Source of the DNA: Ptychomitrium polyphyllum
Taxonomy: Eukaryota
Reading direction: 5' to 3'
Assembly (NCBI GenBank): GCA_973851085.1
Contig: OZ316775.1
Location: forward strand, 13,268,001-13,332,000
DNA length: 64,000 nucleotides
Shown here piece after piece: positions 1 through 11,733 of the stretch. The first letter of the stretch is position 1. Every line of letters starts with the position of its first letter. The notes beneath the pieces are model-generated. The model was given only the letters and a program-made list of their open reading frames with translations, was not told the origin of the DNA and did not search any database. The position numbers were made by a program, and so were the translations under genes.

Positions 1-3000
1 GAGAATTAGTAAGAAAATACATGTCATGTTGATAGTTGGATATTTTTATTTTGGACTCTTTTTTTGTTCTAGCAAATATAAGAATTGAAGTTTGAATCAA
101 CCAAGCTAGGAATACATACGCATTTTAGAGATAATTTCTTTAGAAGAGACCAAAATGCCTTATTTGTCATGATAATGAAATTGTTTATACTTACTGATCA
201 ACACATAGTTATTGTCATTGGATTTTGCTGTGATAAGGACTCTTAAACAACTCTTTTATTTTGTTGTACATGATTCATGAACTTCAAGGTGGATCCAACC
301 TTGACTTGTCCTTACCTGAAGATGACTTTAGAGCAGGATCACAATAATTGGTTGGATCTTGGAAGTGAAAATTTAGCTAAATTATGTCTGGATGATGTTA
401 CTGGAAAAAAAAGTTGTTTACAAGAACCATGGAAAGGTAAATGAATATCATGAAACAGTAATTAATTATCAATAATGGAGTCATTCCAAGTGTCTTGCAT
501 TTTGTAGGTGTTCATTTATAATTTTTGAACTTCCATCAGACAAAAAACAAAAAACTTATCATCCACTCATTAAATGTAGAAATCATAAATTTTTTGAATT
601 GGAACCTACTTGAAAATGTCCATTATTAATGAAAACTACATCAGGTTAAGAACAGTAAGTATAATGAGTAGCAAAAAGAGATGATTTTTTATGTACTTTC
701 CTTATTCTATTGTGATTCACATACCCATGTGTGATATCCACATACTCAAAATTATAGACCTTAATGTTACAAAGGGATATGGCTTATTCTATTTCTTCTT
801 CAAAGTTACTTTAAAAATTATTAGTCAAGTATCTTTAAAGTAGAAAAAAGAAATAATTGACACTTATTATCTCAAACAAGATATGTTAACATAAAAGTGA
901 CATGAACTTCATAACATACTTAATCTTGTGATAAATTGGTCTTTTGAAGTTAATTTTTGAAATCATATTCTAAGAATAAATATTATATAATCAATGCTAA
1001 CTCATGCTTCTTGCACATATCTTATTCGTTAAAATACTTACTACAATAACTTTTTGAATGTTTGAAGGGATTGTTATTATACTCAAATTGAATAAACAGA
1101 GTATTGAAAGAGAACATTTGCAAGCATAGGGCCTGCAGCTAAGAATGTTATGGTTCCTACTGCACTCCCACTTCTCAATCATAAGCACCTGTGGCATGAA
1201 CCGGGACACTGGGGACCCATGTCCTGTGTGCCTTTCACACGAAATGCAACCTTCCTCACCATTCACGGAATCCCTTCAGCACGACAGACACTGTTGTCAC
1301 TAGAAAGAAGCTTTTGAGACCATATGCTAATCTTCATGATGCTTGCTGCAGCTTGTGACATGTAGGGTGTCATGATGTAACAGGACTGACAAGATGAGGA
1401 ACCATGTCAATAGATTTACTAGCCTGAGTAAAAAACTGATCTGTTTGTTTACATCTTAAAAACATGAATCTGAAAGATGTTGAAAGTGAACAATGAAATT
1501 ACTTCAAAATGATGATATTTTCTCCAAAGTGAAAATACAGATAAGAACATCTATTATGAATATGTGGTTTCAGTTAGTGATGAAAATAAATATTCACCTT
1601 CCCTTCTGGTAAATTTTTTGAATTTTTGAATTTTGTAAAAATTGCCATTTGAATATATTTTCAAGTGAAAAGCCTTTTTAATTATGTTGAAGCCATCTAC
1701 AATAAGTATCTTTCATAACACTTACTCTATAAAGGTCATAATGGCTATTGCTTTGACTTCATAAAATCTTATTGCCTAAATATTTCAAAGTTCTCTCTCC
1801 ACTCCCCTCCTTCTTTCTTGTATGAATTAAAAAACCTTTTTATTCCTATGTAACTCTTTGTAATGGGTTTAGCATGCAATGTTTAAAAGAACTTAGAATT
1901 TATATTGCTCATAAAGGTTGTAGTATTGGATATTACTCTTGATATGTTTTAAAAGACATTTTGATGGATATTCTTGTTAAGATCAATTTTTGGTTTATTT
2001 TTATAATTTTAGTTCATCTTTTAAATAATTTTTTTGAAATTGTAAGATACCATGGAAACTTCTTTCTTCCTTGAAACTATTTGTAATGGATATTGCTTAC
2101 ATTGCATTTATTAATTTGCATTAAGTATTACTTATGATGCTCTAAATAATTGCTTATAATGGACATTATAGTTTCAAATCAATTTTTTTTAAATTTGACT
2201 TTTATTTCATTCCTAGCCAAACAAATTTCTAATTCAATACATGGATTTTAGTTAAAGAACAATATCCATCACATAAGAACAATGGGCTCATTTTTTATTA
2301 TATTCTTTAATATTAAACAAAAATTACAAACCTCAAAAATAAAACAAAAATTAGCTTTAAAAAAACTCTAAATTTTGAATTCTATACACTTCTTTAGAAA
2401 CTTCTAATTATAATACATTTGGCATAATTAAAGTTCTTATAAAACAAGGGCTATGTGAGAAAAATGAATATTTATATAGAGCATATTGATGTTACACATT
2501 TAATAGTGTATAGAACTTGTTTTTTACATCCTCAATATTTAACACTATAATTTATTCAAGAAATTTTAAATCTAATATCTTCCACAACAACAACATTTTG
2601 AGCATCTTTATGCATGAAGAAAAGCTACAAGCACCAAAGTCACCAACACAAGTGAAAAAGAAATAAAACACAATATTATTGTTTTAAAAAGTATCTAAAA
2701 AGATTAAGTACAATAGTTGTTTTGGTTCTAGCATATTAACTACATTTTATAAATTGAAACAATTTTTTTCAAAAAAACTAAATATAATACAAGTACATAA
2801 ATAAAAATTAGGAATTCATAACAAAGAATGAAAAAGAGGCAAGAAAAGTTGAGAGAAATAGTAAGCAATAAGCATTAAAAGGACAATGAATAACAACATG
2901 AATTAGAATTGGAAAAATAGAGAAATAAAAGAAAATTAAAAAAAGGAGAAAAAAGAAAGAAAGTCTATAAGACCATATTTAATCCACACCAAAATTCAAA

Positions 3001-3058
3001 TAAGTATTATTCCTTCTTAGCAAGGATTAAGGTCATGAATGAAGACGGGTGAGATTTA

Positions 3059-3136
3059 TATCATCCATTATCTATCATCCATTACATATCATCAATTATA
3101 TATCATCCACTATCTATCATCCATCATCTATCATCC
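3059..3136. repeat. 14-bp minisatellite, about 5.6 copies of TATCATCCATTATC-like units
   Basis: Units read directly: tatcatccattatc / tatcatccattaca / tatcatcaattata / tatcatccactatc / tatcatccatcatc / tatcatcc. Confidence 0.85.
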
Positions 3137-6100
3137 GTTGGGTAGTGAGCTGCTCGCCCTGGGCACTTAAGGAACTATCTTTAGCATGGTCAGCACAGCC
3201 TGGTGACTGTTCAAGAGCTTTGTCCTTTCCATTTAATAGCACATCAACATAACATGACAGACCCTCTGGAAAATCCATGGGAATGGCCATATAGAAAGTG
3301 AGTGAGGACACCTAGGCTCAAGGGTAAATGACATGTTTAGCAATTTATGTTGAATATGGCAAAATTAAGCACCTAGCATGTATTTCATGAACCATGCCGC
3401 TTTCTAAAAGAGTACAACTTATACATGATTGTAATTCCACACACCAGAGGTGTGTACTTGTGTACTAGGATACGTCTCTGTATTTTGCATATTGAGAGTT
3501 TTCTCATGCTGTTCAGGTGGATTCTGTTGAAACCTTGTTTGAAATGAGGATCTATGAACAGGAAATAGACGATTCTGTCGATAAATGTTCGTCACACTGC
3601 CAGGCCTACTTTATATGGTTTAAACATGGCATTGCAAGCACAGTTGGCAAACTTTTGAATGAAGGCTGGGGTAATCTTAGAAAGGACTTAGTTGATTAAC
3701 TAAGCAAAGAGTGGTTGAGGTGCCCACTCTGAAACACTTCGTTTTTGCTTTATTACATACTGTTTAACTCAAATGTACACAATCTCTAGTCCACAAGATC
3801 ATGGAAATGATTTCATGTAAGTTAACTTGTATTACACAATTTGTCACTATGACCAATATTTACTTTTTAGATATTCAATCTTCACTCAAAGATTTTTTAT
3901 CAGTACAGTCAACCTTCTTTTTATGTTTTTCAATCTTCAGTCTTAAACCCTTTGGATTTTAAAATGAATCATTTTTTATTAATAAATTTTAACAATCAAA
4001 ATTTTCAATAAACAAACAACATATCTCTGAGAAATTTAGTAAGTATTTTATCAGCCTCAAATAAAGCCTTGAATAAATTTGTTAGCCACTATTGAAAAAT
4101 ATGCTCGACTTGAAGGCTGAGAACAAAGGCCTTGACGCATGTGCAAGTTAAGGATTAAAAACTTTGGAGGGATGAGAACCCACATTTATTTGAATGATGG
4201 AGGACTGGATTGATGTTGAGGTGGGCCCTATGGACATTAAATACTCCTCTCAAATGAAGATCAGGTGGTACAAGCCTCTTGGGTGGAGAAGCTCTGAGCT
4301 GAAGCCTTCTTGCTATCCACCATTACTCTCTCTCTGACCTCACAATCAAATCACATTGACACAGTTCCTTTTAACAATGTTAAACACACGGAAATCCTAC
4401 TTGAACATGAGGCCTTCATCCAATTCCGGCAACCCATTTTGCGAAAAAAATGGATTATCTTCCATCAAATCCATGCCAAGGTGGACTCACGTCCAGACCG
4501 TTTCATTGCAGTGGTTAACTTGCCAGAATGTACACAAAGTTAAATACTGTTTCACGGGAATGCAAATTGAAAGGTCGATGTTTGATGTGGTTAGAGGGTA
4601 AGAACTTAGCACAACTGTTCTTACAGATTGCTACAGTAGTAAGGACTAAGTGGAAAACAACATAAAAATTAAAAATTAGTCTTCCCATGCATGATTTAGG
4701 CGAGCTGTGTGAAGCCAGTCAGCACAAGAGACGAAGTTAGAATCCCTGCTGTCTGGTAAGGTAACTGCTAAATGCACGATTTCAAGCAGCTAATCCTGCC
4801 TACTTGTGCAAGTAACCGCAGCCTGCTTTTGGCACCAAGAACAGCGTGGTAAGTACAGAGCTGTCTGCTACTCATTTCCTTCACATTACTGAATCGGTGC
4901 CCAAAACCTCACTTCTGGCTCGACCGTCCCACCACAACTGCAGAAATGTCTCACAATTGCAGTAACTTGTGGGGTGAGGATGACGGAATAGAAAATGTTC
5001 CACATAAGCGAGCTGGCAGGTACTACTGTACAAATGGGGAAGAGGATATTGAATTTAACTCAAACACTACAGTAGTACATACAGGAGAGCTGTAGAGTGG
5101 AGTCAGACTGCCCCAGTACATTCAACATCAGGCAGGTGGAGGTAGAAACTCGAGAGAGACTGAGAGAGGGAGAAAGAGTGGGATTGACGGGAAGGTGGAG
5201 CCGGGCTCCTGGGGCCTTGGGGCCTCGGGCAGATAAATACAGAACTGTCTTCGTCATTCACTCCTGCACACGACCTGTGTTGTGCACGCTCACCGCCCTT
5301 CACAAGTTCCCTCCATCTCAACTCTTGCAGCTAACGCACTAACAATGTGGGTTGGTAAGGTCATTGATGCTGCAACAAGTTCGGGAGACACAAGCCAGGT
5401 GAGTTGGAGTAGTATCTGACACTGAGCAGCAGTGTGCTTTTACGTGTCTAGACTCTACAATGTGCATACTCTATTGTATGTATCTTTAGTTAAGCTCCCA
5501 GTTGTTTCTGTCAGTTGGCACTTGGAATGCAACATGTATCAGTGCAACGGTAGCTCTGGAGTCTGCACAGCTTGTCAGAGGATCAGATGCCTTCATGGGA
5601 ATTAGGAGTTTCCAGATTCATGTCAACCACCGAGCATATCTCACCACAGGGCATCCTGAAGTGATTCCTCTAGTGGTCTCTCCTGCTCTCGATTGATCTC
5701 TTCCATCCAAGCGACTCTGCGTAATTTCCCACTATTCGTCGCTGCTTCAGTGGTAGTTTGGGAGGATTGGCAGTCTATTTTCTCTGCTGTAAGAACTTAG
5801 CTCAGAGGCGCTGCTTCCTCCTCTTTCAATGTTCGGGTGTCTTTGTACTTGGTTCCGCTGTTGTGCAAGCTATCACATACTCATCGATGAGGAGCTATTC
5901 GTGTGTTGCTGCCAGGTACCTTATGGAAGTCAACTAGTGTGTGTGTCTGCGCAGGATAATCATCGAGCTGCTGCACGATTCTTGAGATTGGTGCCTACCC
6001 AAGTACTTATTGTCAGAGCTTCAAAGCGTTACAGCCTAACGGTTTTATTGTGGAGCTAAGAATGCGAAGCAGTGAGCCTGGAGTACTCGGTGGTGTATGC

Positions 6101-6563
6101 CATTCGCAATTCGTGGATTGCTGGAGGGGTTCTCACAACCCAAGCTTCCACCTTTGACAGGTGTTCTACTCTTGGTGCCCTTTGGGATTCATCACTTCTT
6201 CCCAAACTCTGTGGAAGTCCTCCAGCTGAAGGCAGCTATCTGCCTTCGTCGTCGTTTTCGGGCGTGGGACGTCTTGTCTTCAGTTTGTGGAAACTTGGAG
6301 CTCGCCATGGTGCTTGCAAGAATGTCGTCTCATGGCATGCCAGCACTCGGCACTTGCTCTTCTTGGCACTTGCCCGTCTCTTCTGATTGATTCTGATTTC
6401 GTTGGAGGGCGGGGATCCACAAATGGCGCAGTGAGATTGAAACCGAAATATATATGCAGCTTATTGTCAAGGCTTCTGAAATCTTGAGTGCAGCCGTTGA
6501 TAGAACTTTGTGGTACGCTTGTAGGTGAGTGTGAAGGAAATAATATCTGTCACAGTGGAATTT

Positions 6564-9500
6564 ATGGCTATGGCGCTGACGGCGCGACTGCTCGTGGTCA
6601 TGGTGGTGACGTTCCTGGCATTCCATGAAACAGTGTCTGCCAAGAATCACCAGTCGTCGAAAAATGAAACGTACAGATTGTACCAGGACATGCAGCAGCC
6701 TCTGGAGGAACGCGTTAAGGACCTGCTGTCGCGTATGACATTAGCCGAGAAGATTGGGCAGATGACGCAGACGGAGCGTACCGTCACCAATTACACCAAC
6801 ATCCGCGATTTCGGTATTGGTGGGTATACTGGTGCCAATCAGCCCATTCATCCCTACTGCCCATCAGCCACAATAGAACCCTGGGCGGGAATTTTGTCCA
6901 AAAATCCAACTCTGCTCATGTGTGAATCTTGAGTTTGGAGTGGTCTTGGAAGACAATTGCCACTAGTTAGACCATTTTTGTAGCCATTGCTGACCATCAT
7001 TGATGATGAAGATCTTGCGTGTAATTGCGTTGATTAAAGATTAAGAAGTTGCTTTACCCTAATCAGGTCGTGGTGCTTGCATGGTGATGCAGGGAGTGTA
7101 CTGAGCGGGGGAGGCAGCGCTCCTGCCATGAATGCAACTGTATTTCAATGGGACAACATGACCAACTACTTCCAGAAAGCAGCCATGAATACACGCCTGG
7201 CCATTCCTCTCATTTACGGGATTGATGCCGTGCATGGAAACAACAACGTCTACGGCGCTACCATCTTCCCCCACAATATCGGCCTCGGCTGCACAAGGTA
7301 TGCATTTCGTGTGTCCAGAACTGATCGTCGTCAGGAGTTGAAACCCCGCCTTTGCCTCCGACTTGCTTCTAAAATTTACTCATGGTTTTGCGAGGGATGT
7401 TTGAAATTTTAATGATTGTTGTGTCGTGGCAGGGACCCCGAGTTGGTAGAGCGCATTGGAGCGGCCACAGCTCTCGAGTGCCGTGCGACAGGAATTCAAT
7501 ATGTTTTTGCCCCTTGCATTGCGGTATGAGCTGCCTCATTTCTGACTTAATTTGAACCACTTGAATTTCACAACTAATGAATTTCTTATTTAAACACAAT
7601 AAAAGGGCATTTACCACTGGTATCGTCCTTAGAACTTCCGACTCTGAGACGGAACGTTTTACGGCATTTTGAGCACCAGGCGTTTTAATTGTGAAGATGT
7701 ACGCAGATATTTGTGTACTTCAGTGGTCGGAAATCATGAGGCCCATAAGTTCCAAACTTTGCAACTTTGGTGAAAAATGGCGTGACTTGATGTTTTGTCA
7801 GGTATGTCGGGATCCAAGGTGGGGGCGATGCTACGAGAGTTACAGCGAAGATCCAGAAATTGTGCGTGCTATGACCTCCCTGATTGACGGGTTGCAAGGC
7901 AGGACACCCGCCGGATGGGATGGACCATACGTCGAGAATAGGTAACATTCTACAACAACCTTTGAGTAACCTTTTAATATGTTCAGCAAAACTAGGTTTA
8001 AATGAAGCTTTCAGGCTCCTCATGTGAGTACCACTCTTGCAATGGCGATACAGTGACAAGGTGGCTGCTTGTGCGAAGCACTTCGTGGGCGACGGAGGCA
8101 CTACCAAGGGCATCAATGGCAACAACACCCAAGTGAGCTACAATGAGCTGGTGAACATTCACATGAAGCCGTACCTTGACGCTATCCGGAAGGGCGTAAC
8201 TACCATCATGGTCTCGTACAGTAGCTGGAATGGCGTCAAAATGCACGCCAACAGATTTTTGGTCAGCCGCGTGCTGAAGAAGGAGCTGGGTTTCAAGGGG
8301 TTCGTCATCTCCGACTACATGGGCATCGATCAGATCACCGATCCCCCGGGAATCAACTACACATTTTCTGTTTATGCTGGCATCCATGCCGGCCTTGACA
8401 TGGTATCTCAGTTATGCAAAGTTACTATATGTGAAAAAGAGATTGGCATTTGTATCTTTGTTTTGAAGGCCTGTCGAGAGTAGTGGTGTCAGCTTCTGTG
8501 ACCATGTTGGAAATTGATTGATGTGAAGAAGGGTCATGTTGTTTGCTTTGCTGAATTGCAGATAATGGTTCCATTCGCTTACGAGCAGTTCATTGGTAAC
8601 TTGACGCAAATGGTGAAGAGTGGTGCAATACCAATGTCTCGGATTGATGATGCTGTAACTCGCATTCTCCGTGTGAAGTTCCAGATGGGCCTATTTGAGA
8701 GTCCGTATGCTGATACCAAGCTTATGATGAGTGTTGGCCAAGAAGTTAGTAGTCACTTCCACTTTGCAACTGGTAGTTGTAGTCAATTGCTTATCTCTAT
8801 TCGCAGCCCTAACTATGGATTGAGAAGCATTAACATTTCAGTGAGGATTAATTTTTGTCAAGGGATATGTTTGACTTGAGAAGCCATTAGTTGCTGTATT
8901 GCTGGCTGAGATAAATTGCATACCATTGACATGTGCAGTCACACAGAGAACTGAGCAGAGAGGCTGTACGCAAGTCACTCGTTCTGTTGAAGAACGGGAA
9001 AGCTCCTTTGACCCCTCTATTGCCGTTAAATCGAGATGCGAAGAGAGTTCTCGTTGTTGGCTCGCATGCAAACGACATTGGTTTACAATGTGGAGGATGG
9101 ACGATCAAATGGCAAGGAGATCTTGGTGACATAACTCCTGGTGCGCCAAACTCTCACTTCCAAATTCGATTATGTTTATGAACTACGATTATGGATAATG
9201 GTCAATGTGTGCTGATGATCATCGCATTCTTACACCAAATTTTTTTCATGGTCAGGCACAACGGTGTTGCAGGGAATCCAGCAAGCTGTCTCTCCCAAGA
9301 CGGAAGTTGTCTACTCCGCGAGAGCGAGGAAGAGCCTCTTCAAGAACCTAGGATTTGACTACGCCATCGTGGTGGTGGGAGAGCCCCCATATGCAGAGAG
9401 CCACGGCGACAACCTCAACCTTACAATTCCACTTATGGGCACCCACACTATCAGAAACACGTGCCGCTATATCAAATGCGTGGTTGTGCTCATCTCCGGA

Positions 9501-9857
9501 AGGCCTTTGGTGGTGGCGCCCCAACTCCACCAAATGGATGCACTCGTTGCCGCCTGGCTGCCTGGAACGGAGGCTGGGCTGGGCATCGCCGATGTTCTCT
9601 TCGGCTCTTATGACTTCGTAGGGAAGCTGTCCAGGACCTGGTTCCGAAGTGTGGATCAGCTGCCAATGAATGTGGGCGATAAACATTACCATCCTCTGTT
9701 TCCTTTTGGATATGGATTGACCATGAACCTCAATAATACAAGGTACGCACGCTCACTGGCTTCTGTTTCTCCATTAAAATTGGTTATGACGTCAATGCCC
9801 TGTGATCGTTCAATTCTCAGCATTCATAATGTAACGATATTGTGGCTTTACAGATGA
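6564..9857 (+). CDS. Glycoside hydrolase family 3 beta-D-glucan exohydrolase / beta-glucosidase, secreted, 9 exons
   Basis: Exons about 6564-6819, 7093-7297, 7433-7523, 7802-7941, 8054-8402, 8562-8744, 8939-9140, 9256-9742, 9854-9857, all GT..AG and phase-consistent. Signal peptide [22 protein letters not shown]3 motifs [50 protein letters not shown] (nucleophile Asp), GEPPYAE (acid/base Glu), AAWLPGTE. Confidence 0.95.
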
Positions 9858-10876
9858 TTGTAGGCATTCTTTCTCTTAATCACACCACGCCTCCTAACAC
9901 ATTACACTCTGGTAAGTCAATAGTATCACCACTGTGTTTTTCATTTATTTTTATCGGATTCTATGGTCCCTGGTTGGTGATATATTATCGGTGTTGAATT
10001 CATCTTTGCAGTCTAAGATACTGTGGTTGGTTGTAGAGGACAAGCACGACTGAAATATAGGGGCTGGCCAAGATCGACCACAAATATTCCTTTCTAACGT
10101 TGTCACCGAATTGATTAAAAAAGCGTAAGCTTGAATAAGCATTGTATGTCCCTCTTATTGTTCTTTGTAAGGACTGGGAGTGGATTATATATACAAAAAT
10201 TCACCACTTATTGTTTGATTCTTCAAATCAATAATATGAAGCCAAAGTAATCTAAGTTCTATATACTGTTGTCAGTGTCGTGCTCGTAAGAGTGATAATT
10301 GAGGCTTTCCTGTTGACGGTAGGTCACTGTACTCCAGTTTAAACATTTACTTACGTGGAGAATCAATGTTAGACTTCTTAGTATCAGTATGCATAAATTA
10401 AATTTCAATAATTGAAGCCTGTCGTTTATCCTTTTCAACCATAGGAGCCCATACATAGATCTGTGAATGAGTCAGAATTTGTACAAGTTGGGATCTTGCT
10501 CTGGCTGTTTGGCTACAGACATGATCACTCCGAATCTTGCTGAGGACTATGTGGGATCCTAAAGCAGCCTTGTATTGCATCAATTTTAACATCCTCCAGA
10601 ATCCTCTGCTTGGGACCATTTAACTGGATGGTTCACTCAAACTCATAATTACGATATCAGGTAGAAGTATGTGAAATATGTTGCTGGTATCCGATGATTT
10701 CCCAAGGGTCAAGAGGCATGTCGCTTGGGGATCATCGCACACACCCGCAGGAGGAAGCGTCAAGCTTACAGCTCCCTCGCCAAAAACCATGTCTCGCTCT
10801 CACCAGGCCTGCAGAGCTGGTCAACTTCAAACAACTGTTAATAACAGGAACAAGATAGAGCGAACTTGAGTGCAGC

Positions 10877-11733
10877 ATGGCTTTCGATCACAGGGCATCA
10901 GCAAAACCTCCTGGCAGATCACGATGGAATGCCAATCAACAGCAGCTTCATACTCTGGAGAGTATATACGAGCAGGGAAATGGCAACACGCCCAACAAAG
11001 AAAGGATCAAAGATATTACCGTAGAGTTGAGTCAATATGGTCAAATTTCAGAGACAAATGTGTACAATTGGTTTCAGAATCGCAAAGCTCGCGCAAAACG
11101 AAAGTTGCAGCATCAAGTGGGTAGGAGACGCAGGCTGACCCGCACCACCTCCGCAAATGCTCCAAAGGTATGTTGACCACAGATTTGTCCCAGGTTCATG
11201 AAAATCATCTAAGGTGCCTTGCTATACTCTCGCAGGCTTAACTCCAATTGAAAAGCAAACCAAACCATGGTTTGATTTCTGGATTAAGGCATCCTCTTGT
11301 AACTTTGGTTTGGGTCAATGCCAAATCACTTGTGTATCTCTTTCAAAGTTATTTCTTCTTGTGTATCATGTGAATACTCCAAATGCTTCACAGCACGCTG
11401 AAGTGTTTGCAACTCATGCAGTTGAATCTGATGGCATCAGACGAGGTCAAGACTAGGGAGGACACAGGAGTGACGTCGCCGAGAGCGAAGCGTTTGAAGA
11501 TTGAGGGAGACCAGCTTGTTCAGAATGATCAATCATTGAGTCTGGCTCCAAATCCTGATTTCGGCGCCGGAAGCTCCGGCGTCGAAGATATTGAAGAAGC
11601 CCTGGACGAAGTCTTGAGATCACACGTGGATTTTTCGACGCTAGCCACAGATCCGCAGCTGCCAAGTGTAGAGCATATCACACACGACATGCTATTCAGT
11701 GAAGACCACTTTCAAGAGCAAGGTCATAATTAA
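10877..11733 (+). CDS. WOX13-like: WUSCHEL-related homeobox protein, ancient (WOX13-type) clade, divergent
   Basis: Homeodomain [63 protein letters not shown] contains the ancient-clade NVYNWFQNR signature. Exon 1 ends at 11116 or 11167 (both phase 0). Exon 2 is 11422-11733 ([23 protein letters not shown]). The start codon is uncertain because TGCAG at 10871-10875 could be an acceptor. Confidence 0.85.

Noticed and set aside
1..3000. AT-rich region with a GC-richer island near 1130-1330 encoding DPCPVCL in one frame
   Set aside because: No sustained ORF or full RING pattern. Probably decayed repeat DNA that I cannot classify.
5060..6500. Cluster of overlapping 60-105 aa ORFs upstream of the GH3 gene, with a donor-like CAG|GTGAGT at 5399
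   Set aside because: No recognisable domains. Best explained as promoter, 5' UTR and UTR intron sequence; uORF function cannot be supported.
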